From contig MERT01000002.1 of assembly GCA_001770705.1 (NCBI GenBank), positions 333,225 through 363,224 on the forward strand: DNA of 30,000 bases. The letters are read 5' to 3'. The stretch is from Burkholderiales bacterium GWF1_66_17. GTDB taxonomy: Bacteria > Pseudomonadota > Gammaproteobacteria > Burkholderiales > Burkholderiaceae_C. Made by a program: the position numbers and the translations under genes. Below are positions 1 through 7,888 of this stretch, one piece after another. Under the pieces are notes generated by a model. That model saw only the letters and a list, made by a program, of their open reading frames with translations, was not told the DNA's origin and ran no database searches. The first letter of the stretch is position 1. Each line of letters starts with the position of its first letter.

Positions 1-267
1 ATAAATCGAGGTGTGTCGGAAAGCGCGCGAAAGGAACACTGGGATGGCGACATATGGACTGACGCCCGCCGAATGCTTGACCAAATAGCTGGAGAAGGAC
101 AACTCAGTGACATCGAAGTCGAGGTTGCGCATGGCGCGAAAAAACATCTCCTCGGGATTCAGGAGCATATAGATGGGATCGCAACCGTCGACCTGGACTG
201 TCCCGTCAAAAAGAGCCCGGGTGCGGTCGTAGTTCCCCATCGCAATGGATATCTGCAGTTTGGACAT
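1..267 (-). CDS. 4,5-dihydroxyphthalate decarboxylase-like protein, N-terminal 89 codons only (gene runs off the window start)
   Basis: Absent from the supplied ORF track because it has no stop in the window. My reverse translation from the ATG at 267..265 is MSKLQISIAMGNYDRTRALFDGTVQVDGCDPIYMLLNPEEMFFRAMRNLDFDVTELSFSSYLVKHSAGVSPYVAIPVFLSRAFRHTSIY, open to position 1. AGGAA lies a few nt upstream of the ATG. The N-terminus resembles my recollection of Pht5/OphC-type decarboxylases (DYDRTRAL, EE.FFR, FDV.E.S.SSY, PVF.SR.FRH). It is on the same strand, 76 nt downstream of the reductase gene. Confidence 0.65.
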   Translation of the reverse strand, partial: MSKLQISIAMGNYDRTRALFDGTVQVDGCDPIYMLLNPEEMFFRAMRNLDFDVTELSFSSYLVKHSAGVSPYVAIPVFLSRAFRHTSIY

Positions 268-343
268 GAGTGTTCCTGGAACGGTTACCCCCTGTCTCGC
301 AGATGGGTCGATTCCGAAAATTGAAAGAAAAAGCGGCGTTGGG

Positions 344-1351
344 TCAGAGATCGATTTCAATCACCGCGCTCTTGGCTCGCGAGACACAGATCATGATTTC
401 GCTGCCCTGCTGGTCTTCATCGAGCACATAGTCGCGGTGATCGGCCACACCCGAGAGCAGACGGGTGCGACACGCCCCGCAAGTCCCGCTTTCGCACGAA
501 CTGGGCACCAGCACCCGAGCGTCCCGAAGAACATCCAGAATGGTGCGACCGCACGGCACATCCAGCATCAACCCGGACCTCCCGAGCTTGACCTGGAAAG
601 GTATGTCCGGATGGTCTGCCGAAACCGCGCTGGTGCCGAAATCCTCAAAGTGAACCGTCCCGTGGGGTCGACCACGCGACAGTTCTTTCACGGCGTCCAT
701 CAAACGGCGCGGACCACAGCAGTAAATATGGCCATTGGCGGGACATGCCGCCAGTGCGGTGGCCAGATCAAACTTGCGTGCCGGATCGGCAAAGTTGTGG
801 TGGACGATCGCGTGGGGAGCCAAGTCGGGCGCACACAACTGGTCACGGAACGCGGCTGACTCGGGCTTCTGAGTCAGGTAGATGATCTGGAAGGCAGCAG
901 CTCGCGCCTGGAGCGCGCGTGCCATGGACAGAATGGGCGTAATACCAATCCCTCCCGCAATCAGCAGTGAGTAAGGAGCCGCATCCACCAAAGGGAAGTA
1001 GTTCAACGGTGGTGACGCCTGGACAACGTCACCGACCTGAACCCTGTCCACCAAGCTTTTAGATCCCCCCAAGCCATTTTCCTCGCGCTTGACGGCAATC
1101 CTGTAGACATCAATCTCGCCAGGCCTGTTGCACAGGGAGTAGCGCCGGGTCAATCCATTGGGCGTCAGCAGTGTGATGTGTGCACCTGGATCCGAATGGG
1201 GCAGCCGTCCGCCCGACCCCACGCGCGACAATTCAAAAAGATAGACATCAGAGGCGATGCACCGCTTGGTCACGACCTTCAAACTCATCCAATCGTTGTC
1301 CGCGGGTGACACGTCCACTGCTTCCATGCTCACCAGTTCCTCTTCGTTCAT
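344..1351 (-). CDS. Class IA oxygenase reductase of the phthalate dioxygenase reductase type (FNR-like FMN/NAD domains plus a C-terminal plant-type 2Fe-2S ferredoxin)
   Basis: Motifs: RRYSL (flavin binding), GGIGITP (NAD binding), and C-terminal CESGTCGACRTRL...MICVSR (2Fe-2S cysteines). I trimmed the start to the internal ATG at 1351 (MNEEELV...), which forms an ATGA overlap with the upstream gene's stop codon (1348..1351 = tcat). Confidence 0.85.
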   Translation of the reverse strand: MNEEELVSMEAVDVSPADNDWMSLKVVTKRCIASDVYLFELSRVGSGGRLPHSDPGAHITLLTPNGLTRRYSLCNRPGEIDVYRIAVKREENGLGGSKSLVDRVQVGDVVQASPPLNYFPLVDAAPYSLLIAGGIGITPILSMARALQARAAAFQIIYLTQKPESAAFRDQLCAPDLAPHAIVHHNFADPARKFDLATALAACPANGHIYCCGPRRLMDAVKELSRGRPHGTVHFEDFGTSAVSADHPDIPFQVKLGRSGLMLDVPCGRTILDVLRDARVLVPSSCESGTCGACRTRLLSGVADHRDYVLDEDQQGSEIMICVSRAKSAVIEIDL

Positions 1352-2514
1352 AGCGGTACCGCTCGTTGTTCGTTCAAAAAGATCTCTGTCGCCCGTTCCG
1401 ATGAAGAAATGGCGGCCAGGCAAATCTCCAGATTGGCCATGCCCCAGCCACCGTCATGCACCGCCGCCACACGGCCATGGATCGCGCCTGCCAATTCGTC
1501 GAGCACCAGCTCACGCGGACTCCTGTCGGTTGCATAGACGATCTCCTCGACACCTTCCGCGGTGTAAAGACGCAGGCCTTGAGGAGACTGCCGGATATCC
1601 CCCCCTTCGCAACTCACCACCGTGATGCCGAAGAAGGGGTGAAAGGGCGCGTGATCAGGGATCACCTTCCCGGCGCGTTCCTGCTTGGCCCTGAGTTCGT
1701 CCTGCGAGTTGCTTGCGATCTGGCCTCGGCGCTTCACGTCCCAGCCGCGAGCCGGTTGTGGAAACCCCCATTCCGACAGGCCTTCAACGAGCTCAGACGT
1801 CTGGAATCCGCCATAGCCGTTGTAGACAGCCGTGGCCACTGCGCCATCTTCGAAGTCAAGGTATACGCAGTGCGCGCCGATCGCCGGTCGCGTTCGATCC
1901 CAGTCATAGGTCCGGGCCCGTACGCTGCGCACACGGCCGCCACAAACCAGGCGCAGAATGTCGAACTGGTGCGATCCCTGACGCAAGGTCACCCCGCCCC
2001 CGCTGCTCGCCGATAGTTCGTCGGGACGCCTGGGTCGATAGATCCAATCGGTGAAACACCAGTTGTGGGCCATTCGAACAGCGCCCAGGCGACCCGAGGC
2101 CACCACCTCCCGCATCTTCAGGATCGGCATGTCGTAGCTGTGGGAATGTCCCACCAGCAAGATCACACCATGGTCACTTGCGGCCCGCACCATCGTCCGG
2201 GCATCCTCCAGCGTCACAGCCATCGGTTTTTCGACCAGCACATGCAGCCCCGCGGCGATCGCCTCCAGCGCCTGCCGCGTATGGTGTTCGGTGGGCGATG
2301 CAATGCACACCACGTCCAGTAACTCCGACGCAAGCATGGCCGAGAGGTCCGTGTACCCCTTGACACCCCAACGGGTCTCGTAGGTAACCTTGGTAGTCTC
2401 ATGGGGTTCGACAAAAGCCACCCACTCGAAGTCGGGGTGGTTCTGGATCGCGGAGATGAACGCCAGCCCTGCGTTGCCCATCCCGACCATGCCCATTCGA
2501 AGCGTGGGGGCCAT
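1348..2514 (-). CDS. Gfo/Idh/MocA family NAD(P)-dependent oxidoreductase; candidate cis-4,5-dihydro-4,5-dihydroxyphthalate dehydrogenase
   Basis: N-terminal Rossmann motif MGMVGMGNAGLAF. Size is about 388 aa. The ATG at 2514..2512 shares one nt with the MarR stop codon (TGATG); a GTG at 2517 is an alternative start. The Pht4/OphB dihydrodiol dehydrogenases belong to this family, from recalled knowledge. Confidence 0.8.
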   Translation of the reverse strand: MAPTLRMGMVGMGNAGLAFISAIQNHPDFEWVAFVEPHETTKVTYETRWGVKGYTDLSAMLASELLDVVCIASPTEHHTRQALEAIAAGLHVLVEKPMAVTLEDARTMVRAASDHGVILLVGHSHSYDMPILKMREVVASGRLGAVRMAHNWCFTDWIYRPRRPDELSASSGGGVTLRQGSHQFDILRLVCGGRVRSVRARTYDWDRTRPAIGAHCVYLDFEDGAVATAVYNGYGGFQTSELVEGLSEWGFPQPARGWDVKRRGQIASNSQDELRAKQERAGKVIPDHAPFHPFFGITVVSCEGGDIRQSPQGLRLYTAEGVEEIVYATDRSPRELVLDELAGAIHGRVAAVHDGGWGMANLEICLAAISSSERATEIFLNEQRAVPL

Positions 2515-3047
2515 CACACGACCTCACCAGCGTCATCTGCGACACTGCCCTCACCATCCTGCCGTGCAGCGTCGCGAGTCAGGTTGTCAATGATCGCGAG
2601 CAGCGTCCGCCGGGTCGTGGCAAGATCCTCGCTCGGCACCCCTTGCATGGCAATATCGTTGACCTCTTCAGCGCAGATCACGATGGCCGAACGCAACGCA
2701 ACGCCCTTGGGCGTCAGGAAGACGCGGATGTTCTTCTTGTTTCCGGGAACCTTCAACCGAAACACATACCCCTGTGCCTCCATCGCCTTCAATGCGTTGA
2801 TGGTTGATGGCTCGGTCACACCCGCCTGCTCACTGAGTTGACGTTGAGTCAGCCCATCACCGCGCCAGAGAATTCGCAACAAGGTCCAATGGCCATACAG
2901 CACGTCATGCTGTCTGAGCCGCCTCGAAAGACTGCTGGACGTGCAGCGGAAGGCCGACTTGATGAGGTGAGCCAGACGTTCATCCGTGAGGACTCCGCGC
3001 CAGTCGGCGGCGATACTTTCATTGTTCTTCTGTACTGGATTCGACAT
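2514..3047 (-). CDS. MarR family transcriptional regulator
   Basis: wHTH region LTQRQLSEQAGVTEPSTINALKAMEAQGYVFRLKVPGNKKNIRVFLTPKG is typical of MarR. The 263-aa track ORF was trimmed to MSNPVQKN... (ATG at 3047) because the upstream part overlaps the ABC ATPase gene and is Ser/Arg-rich. Confidence 0.85.
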   Translation of the reverse strand: MSNPVQKNNESIAADWRGVLTDERLAHLIKSAFRCTSSSLSRRLRQHDVLYGHWTLLRILWRGDGLTQRQLSEQAGVTEPSTINALKAMEAQGYVFRLKVPGNKKNIRVFLTPKGVALRSAIVICAEEVNDIAMQGVPSEDLATTRRTLLAIIDNLTRDAARQDGEGSVADDAGEVV

Positions 3048-3090
3048 AACAGCCCGCGTGAGAGATTGAATAGATTTAATCGAAAAGTAC

Positions 3091-4188
3091 TCAATCCGGC
3101 TTAATACAGATGCACTTCTCGGGATTGATCCGCACCTGGATAGACTCACCGACCAGCGTCTTGAGCGAAGGATGCACACGAGCAAGCAGTGAGTGATCGC
3201 CCACCTTGACCTGGAAGTCGATGAACTCACCCAGGAAGACCTTGGCGTCAACTGTTCCCGTGAGCACGTTGTCACCGACCGGCCGAATCTCGCTGAGCTC
3301 GACATCCTCAGGGCGCACGGAAAGCAGCACCCGGGTCCCGACGGCGTGCTCTTCGTACGAAGTCACCTTCAGCACCCCCATGTCGGTCCTGACTTCATAG
3401 GACTCCGGTGCCAGCTTGGCCTCAACGAACGCGTCCACGAAGTTGGTCAGACCCACGAAATCGGCGACGAACCGGTTGGCAGGCCGCTCGTAGATATCCC
3501 GTGGAGAACCAATCTGGCGGATACGCCCTTCGCTCATTACCGCAATTTCGTGCGACAACGCCAGCGCCTCACTTTGATCGTGGGTCACGTAGATCGTGGT
3601 CAACCCCAGCTCGCGCTGCAGTCGCTTGAGCTCGAAGCGCATCCTCTCACGCAGTTTCGCGTCGAGGTTGGACAGCGGCTCATCAAGCAGTAGCAGTTCG
3701 GGCTCCATGGCCAGCGCCCTGGCCAGCGCCAATCGTTGCTGCTGCCCGCCGGACAGCATAGTGGCTTCACGATCGGCGAAGTTCTCGAGCCCCACGACCG
3801 TCAGGACTCGCATGACACGCTCCTCGATTTCGCGTCTATTGAGCTTCCGGCTACCGACCTCCAAAGGAAAGGCGGCGTTCTGGAACACATTCATGTGGGG
3901 CCAAATCGCGTACGACTGAAAAACCATCCCGAAGTTGCGCTTGTTCGGTGCGACAAACACCCCGGTACCAGAGCAATAGACCGGATGGCCGTTGACGGTG
4001 ATCCGACCAGATACCGGCCTCTCCAGTCCCGCCACCGACCGCATGGTCGTGGTTTTTCCACATCCGCTGGGACCCAACAGGGTGAACAGTTTTCCCCGAG
4101 GCACATCGATGCAGATGTCCTGGGCCGCCTTGACGATACGCCCGTGGCTGTCCTTGTATTGCGTGTTGAGATTGCTTACGTGCAGCAT
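3091..4188 (-). CDS. ABC transporter ATP-binding protein, PotA/FbpC-like, with a C-terminal TOBE-type domain
   Basis: Walker A GPSGCGKTT, signature LSGGQQQRLALARAL, Walker B LLLLDEPLSNLD. GGAGA lies upstream of the ATG. Confidence 0.9.
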   Translation of the reverse strand: MLHVSNLNTQYKDSHGRIVKAAQDICIDVPRGKLFTLLGPSGCGKTTTMRSVAGLERPVSGRITVNGHPVYCSGTGVFVAPNKRNFGMVFQSYAIWPHMNVFQNAAFPLEVGSRKLNRREIEERVMRVLTVVGLENFADREATMLSGGQQQRLALARALAMEPELLLLDEPLSNLDAKLRERMRFELKRLQRELGLTTIYVTHDQSEALALSHEIAVMSEGRIRQIGSPRDIYERPANRFVADFVGLTNFVDAFVEAKLAPESYEVRTDMGVLKVTSYEEHAVGTRVLLSVRPEDVELSEIRPVGDNVLTGTVDAKVFLGEFIDFQVKVGDHSLLARVHPSLKTLVGESIQVRINPEKCICIKPD

Positions 4189-4210
4189 GTTGTCTCCAGA
4201 TTCTTAAACA

Positions 4211-5968
4211 TCAGATTTCTTTTACGCCGAAACGGCGTCCCACATACTGGGCCAGCATGACCAGGATCAGCAGCGTGAGGATGAACATGACCCCCAATGC
4301 AGACAATTCGACAAACTGACCGTTCTCCCACAACTCCCAGATCACGATGGCGATCACCTCGTTGCCTGGGCTGTACAGCAGGATGGAGGCTGAGAGTTCT
4401 CGAATCGAGACAATGAACACGTAGATCCAGCCAGACAAAAGACCCGGCTTGAGCAGTGGCAACAGGATGCGCCAGAACATCGTCCCCCAGCTCGCTCCGC
4501 TCATCTGGGCAGACTCTTCCAGCTCCTTGTGAATCTGCAACATGGACGTGCCGTTGTAGCGCATGCCATAGGGCATGAAGCGGGTCACGTAAACGATCAA
4601 CATGATCCACAAGGTGCCATACACGCCGATGTTGAAGTTCAGGTAGAAGACCATCACGGCCAGGCCCAGTACCAAGCCAGGAAACACCAGCGGCAACGAT
4701 GCGATGTTGTCCAGCAACCAGCGACCTGGTAGCTTGGTCTTGATCACAATCCAGCAGATCACCGAGGTCAGCAACATGACGATCGTGGCACTGGCGAACG
4801 CCAGAATGAGACTATTCAATACTGAGTTGCCGATGCTGGGGTGATCCCATAGAAAGCGGTATGCATCCAAGCTGACATTGCGCAGCGCGTCCATGGATGG
4901 CACGCTGTAGTAACGCTGAAGAGAAGACCAAAGCAGCACCAGGAACGGCAGCAGGACGATCATCACGAAGTACAGCATGAACACGGCGGCCGTGATGTAA
5001 CGCCAAGCACCCAAGTCCACCACGCGCGGGCGAAAGCCCTTACCCGTAACCGTTGCGTACTTGCTGCCTTTACCTGTGAGCCGGGACTGCATGTAGATAC
5101 CAGCCGTGGTGATCAGCAACAGGGTGGTTCCGTATGACGACGCCAAACCGACCTGGCTGGGATACTGGTGAACCGCCTGGTAAATCGCCGAGGTAAGAAC
5201 TTGCGTGCCCACCGGGATGCCCAACAGAGCGGGCACCTCGAAGGATTCGATGGCTCGCACGAACAGTATCAGCATCGATGCAAAAATCGCCGGCCAGGTC
5301 AGCTTGACCGTCACCCGCCAGAAGATCTGGTGAACGCTCGCGCCGCTCATCAATGCCGACTCTTCCAGCGAAGGGTCCATCGACCGGAAGGCCGCTGTCA
5401 TCATCAGGAAAGCCATCGGCGAGTAGTGAAGGCCTTCGACCCAGATCATTCCCCACATCGAGTACACGTTCACGAACACGTGGTCCGTGGAGAACCAGTT
5501 CTGAAGCAGCATGTTGATCAGTCCGATTTTTGGGCTGCCCAACAAAATCCATGAGATGGTGAACATGATCCCCGGGATGATCAAAGGAATGATCGAAAGC
5601 GCGAAGAACAGCCGCTTGAAAGGGGTATTCGTTCGCTCGTTCATCCACGCCAGCGCGCCGCCCACTGCAAAGGCAAAAGCAGCCGTTCCGCTCGCGAACA
5701 ACAAAGAATTGCCCATGAGGTGCAACGTCTCGATAGAACCATACGCGGTGGCGTAGTTGTCCAACGTAAAGCGCGAGGCGGCATCGGCCGAATCCGGCGT
5801 CAGAAAGCTCTGCCAGAACAGGAAGCCCAGCGGCATGAGGGCCAGATAAGCCACCGCCAACAAGCAGGCCCCGATGACCATGGTCTGCGTGTTGAGGTGC
5901 CTCATCCATCCGCTTCGGTGGAACCTCCTTTCCAGGAGAGGGCTTGGCGCATTCATTGAAGTGCCCAT
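4211..5968 (-). CDS. ABC transporter permease, fused two-module (FbpB/ThiP-like) inner-membrane component
   Basis: 585 aa and highly hydrophobic. It has two EAA-type loops (LEESALMSGASVHQIFWRVTV and LEESAQMSGASWGTMFWRILLP), indicating an internal duplication. Confidence 0.85.
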   Translation of the reverse strand: MGTSMNAPSPLLERRFHRSGWMRHLNTQTMVIGACLLAVAYLALMPLGFLFWQSFLTPDSADAASRFTLDNYATAYGSIETLHLMGNSLLFASGTAAFAFAVGGALAWMNERTNTPFKRLFFALSIIPLIIPGIMFTISWILLGSPKIGLINMLLQNWFSTDHVFVNVYSMWGMIWVEGLHYSPMAFLMMTAAFRSMDPSLEESALMSGASVHQIFWRVTVKLTWPAIFASMLILFVRAIESFEVPALLGIPVGTQVLTSAIYQAVHQYPSQVGLASSYGTTLLLITTAGIYMQSRLTGKGSKYATVTGKGFRPRVVDLGAWRYITAAVFMLYFVMIVLLPFLVLLWSSLQRYYSVPSMDALRNVSLDAYRFLWDHPSIGNSVLNSLILAFASATIVMLLTSVICWIVIKTKLPGRWLLDNIASLPLVFPGLVLGLAVMVFYLNFNIGVYGTLWIMLIVYVTRFMPYGMRYNGTSMLQIHKELEESAQMSGASWGTMFWRILLPLLKPGLLSGWIYVFIVSIRELSASILLYSPGNEVIAIVIWELWENGQFVELSALGVMFILTLLILVMLAQYVGRRFGVKEI

Positions 5969-5975
5969 GCTGCGT

Positions 5976-7022
5976 TCACTTTGCCTTCTTGACGATCATC
6001 TCGTCAAAGTTGGACAGCCATGCGGTCTGCATGTCGATCGCCTTGGCGGGATCGATGTATTTGAGTGAGGCATCGCGCAGTGGGTGCGGCAAGCGCTTGT
6101 GGGTGGTTACGTAGCTGAAGTCCTGCAAGATGCGCTGCCCCTCTTCGCTGATAATGAAGTCATAGAAGAGGATGGCTGAGGCTGGGTTTGGAGCATTCTT
6201 CAGGAGTGCCACAGTGCTGGGCTGAGCGATGACGGGCTTCAGTGCCAAGCCCTTGATGGGCGCGCCCTTGGACTTCATTTGCTCCGGATTCCAGTTGTAA
6301 ACGGTCAGCGCCAGAGGCACCTCACCCGAAGCCACCATCGTGGTCAGCAGAGAATGCCCCTTGCGGGCAGAAATGCCATTGGTGGCCACGATGTTCTTGA
6401 AGATTTCACGGCCTCGTTCCTCACCCAGTTCGGCCATCAGCGTCCCAAACCAGCCGTGATTGTTCGCCTCGATTCCGAGGCGCCCCTTCCACTTCGGGTC
6501 TTGCAGATCCTCGTAGCGTTTTGGCAGCTCTTCTTCGGAGACTCGGCTGGTGTTGTATGCAGCAATCCACACGTCCAGCGTGATGCCTGTCCATTCACCG
6601 TGCGCCGGCACAGCCTGTGGGATCAGGTCAGCAAACAATGGCGAACGAACCGCTTGCAGCAGTTTCTCGCGATGCGCTGCCTCGTTCTCCGGCGCGTTGT
6701 TCTGTACGATATCCACCTCGAAGCGGTTGCCTCGTGCCTCCGTGATCAGCCGCTGCAGCACCGCCTCCGAACCCGCTCGCCAAGCACGTGTCTTGATCCC
6801 GTACTTTTTGGTGAAGGCTGTCATCACATTGCTCAAGGCCGGATACGCGTGGTAGACCGTGATGCCGTTTTCTTTCTTGGCCGCTTCGATCAGCCTGACC
6901 TGCCGATCTGCACCCTGGTATTCGGCCAGCTCCTTGACTCGGTCTTGGGCGTGAGCCACGCTGCCGCACAGACCCAGGACCACGAGTGCTCGCGAGAGCG
7001 CTTTCAACAGAACGTTTTGCAT
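5976..7022 (-). CDS. Periplasmic substrate-binding protein, extracellular solute-binding family 1 (Fe3+/polyamine/AEP-like fold)
   Basis: Signal peptide MQNVLLKALSRALVVLGLCGSVAHA-Q. About 348 aa. It sits 7 nt upstream of the fused permease gene. Confidence 0.8.
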   Translation of the reverse strand: MQNVLLKALSRALVVLGLCGSVAHAQDRVKELAEYQGADRQVRLIEAAKKENGITVYHAYPALSNVMTAFTKKYGIKTRAWRAGSEAVLQRLITEARGNRFEVDIVQNNAPENEAAHREKLLQAVRSPLFADLIPQAVPAHGEWTGITLDVWIAAYNTSRVSEEELPKRYEDLQDPKWKGRLGIEANNHGWFGTLMAELGEERGREIFKNIVATNGISARKGHSLLTTMVASGEVPLALTVYNWNPEQMKSKGAPIKGLALKPVIAQPSTVALLKNAPNPASAILFYDFIISEEGQRILQDFSYVTTHKRLPHPLRDASLKYIDPAKAIDMQTAWLSNFDEMIVKKAK

Positions 7023-7156
7023 GGCTTGTCTCCTTCGTTATGGCGGCCTGGGCCGCTCGATAGTTTCAGTAAATACCGACACCGCTTTGGGTGCCCTGAT
7101 CCAGCAAGCATTGCGGCCTGCCAGGTCATCCGGACTGGCTTCGCTCGCCGACTACG

Positions 7157-7888
7157 TCAACGCCGCGCGCCGGCATGGCGGCGGCACAGGTAGTCGAAGT
7201 TGATGGTGTACTGCTCCTGCTTGGTGATGGTGTCGTACAGGCGCTGGATACACGCATCGTCGAACACCTCGCCTACGGTTCCAGTCGCGTCAGCCAGCAA
7301 CTGAATCTCGCAGGCGTTCTCCAGCATGATGGCCAGGATCGTCGATTCCTCGACGCTGCCGCCAACCACGGCCACACCATGGTTCCGCATCAGCACGGCC
7401 TTGTGTGGTCCAAGGGCCTTGGCCACACCAGCGCCCATCGCTTGCGTCCGAATCAGTTCGATGGTTTCCGTGAACACGGGAAGTCCGTCAAAGAACGCCA
7501 CACTGGGCTGACTGATGGGCCGTAACGCCCTCCCGGTGGCCGAGAACGCCACAGCATGAGTGGGGTGGGTGTGGATGACACTCATCACATCCGGACGGAC
7601 CTTGTAGATCTCCGAGTGGATGTAGACCTCGCTGTGCTTGCGCCCTCCCCCGCCGACCTTTTCCCCATCCAGGTTGCAGATCACGATGTTCTCGTGGGTG
7701 ATCTCGTCAAAGCCATGGCTGTGAGGCTTCATATAGAAATGTGTTGGGTCGCCCGGAACGCGCACCGACACATGACCCCGAGTCAGATCCCCTTGACCCG
7801 CCGCCTCCAGAACGCAGCCAGCGTTGATGAGCGTCTGCCGAGCCTGCTCAGCGCTTAACGGTTGCTTCAATGCTGTCGCGTTAGCCAT
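7157..7888 (-). CDS. Class II aldolase/adducin-domain protein (metal-dependent aldolase, epimerase or decarboxylase fold)
   Basis: Motifs: SEVYIHSEIYKVRPD, VIHTHPTHAVAFS (His-x-His metal ligands), MRNHGVAVVGGS. I trimmed it to MANATALKQ... (ATG at 7888). This start overlaps the oxygenase stop codon (7881..7883) by 8 nt. Confidence 0.85.
   Translation of the reverse strand: MANATALKQPLSAEQARQTLINAGCVLEAAGQGDLTRGHVSVRVPGDPTHFYMKPHSHGFDEITHENIVICNLDGEKVGGGGRKHSEVYIHSEIYKVRPDVMSVIHTHPTHAVAFSATGRALRPISQPSVAFFDGLPVFTETIELIRTQAMGAGVAKALGPHKAVLMRNHGVAVVGGSVEESTILAIMLENACEIQLLADATGTVGEVFDDACIQRLYDTITKQEQYTINFDYLCRRHAGARR

Noticed and set aside
3091-7022. Reading the SBP/permease/ATPase trio as a ferric-iron acquisition system.
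   Set aside because: It is embedded in, and co-directional with, an aromatic catabolic operon under a MarR regulator. I saw no Fur-box-like sequence. The SBP lacks an adjacent Tyr-Tyr pair. The iron assignment is therefore not supported, although it is not formally excluded.
6279-7193. Long antisense or alternate-frame ORFs: 6279..7193(+), 16176..17531(+), 10706..11713(+), 11494..12294(+), 22404..23402(+), 15114..15878(+), 5070..5909(-), 245..859(+), and others.
   Set aside because: All lie opposite or inside genes with clear family motifs. They are rich in Arg/Gly/His/Pro, as expected for shadow frames in GC-rich DNA, and show no recognisable domains.
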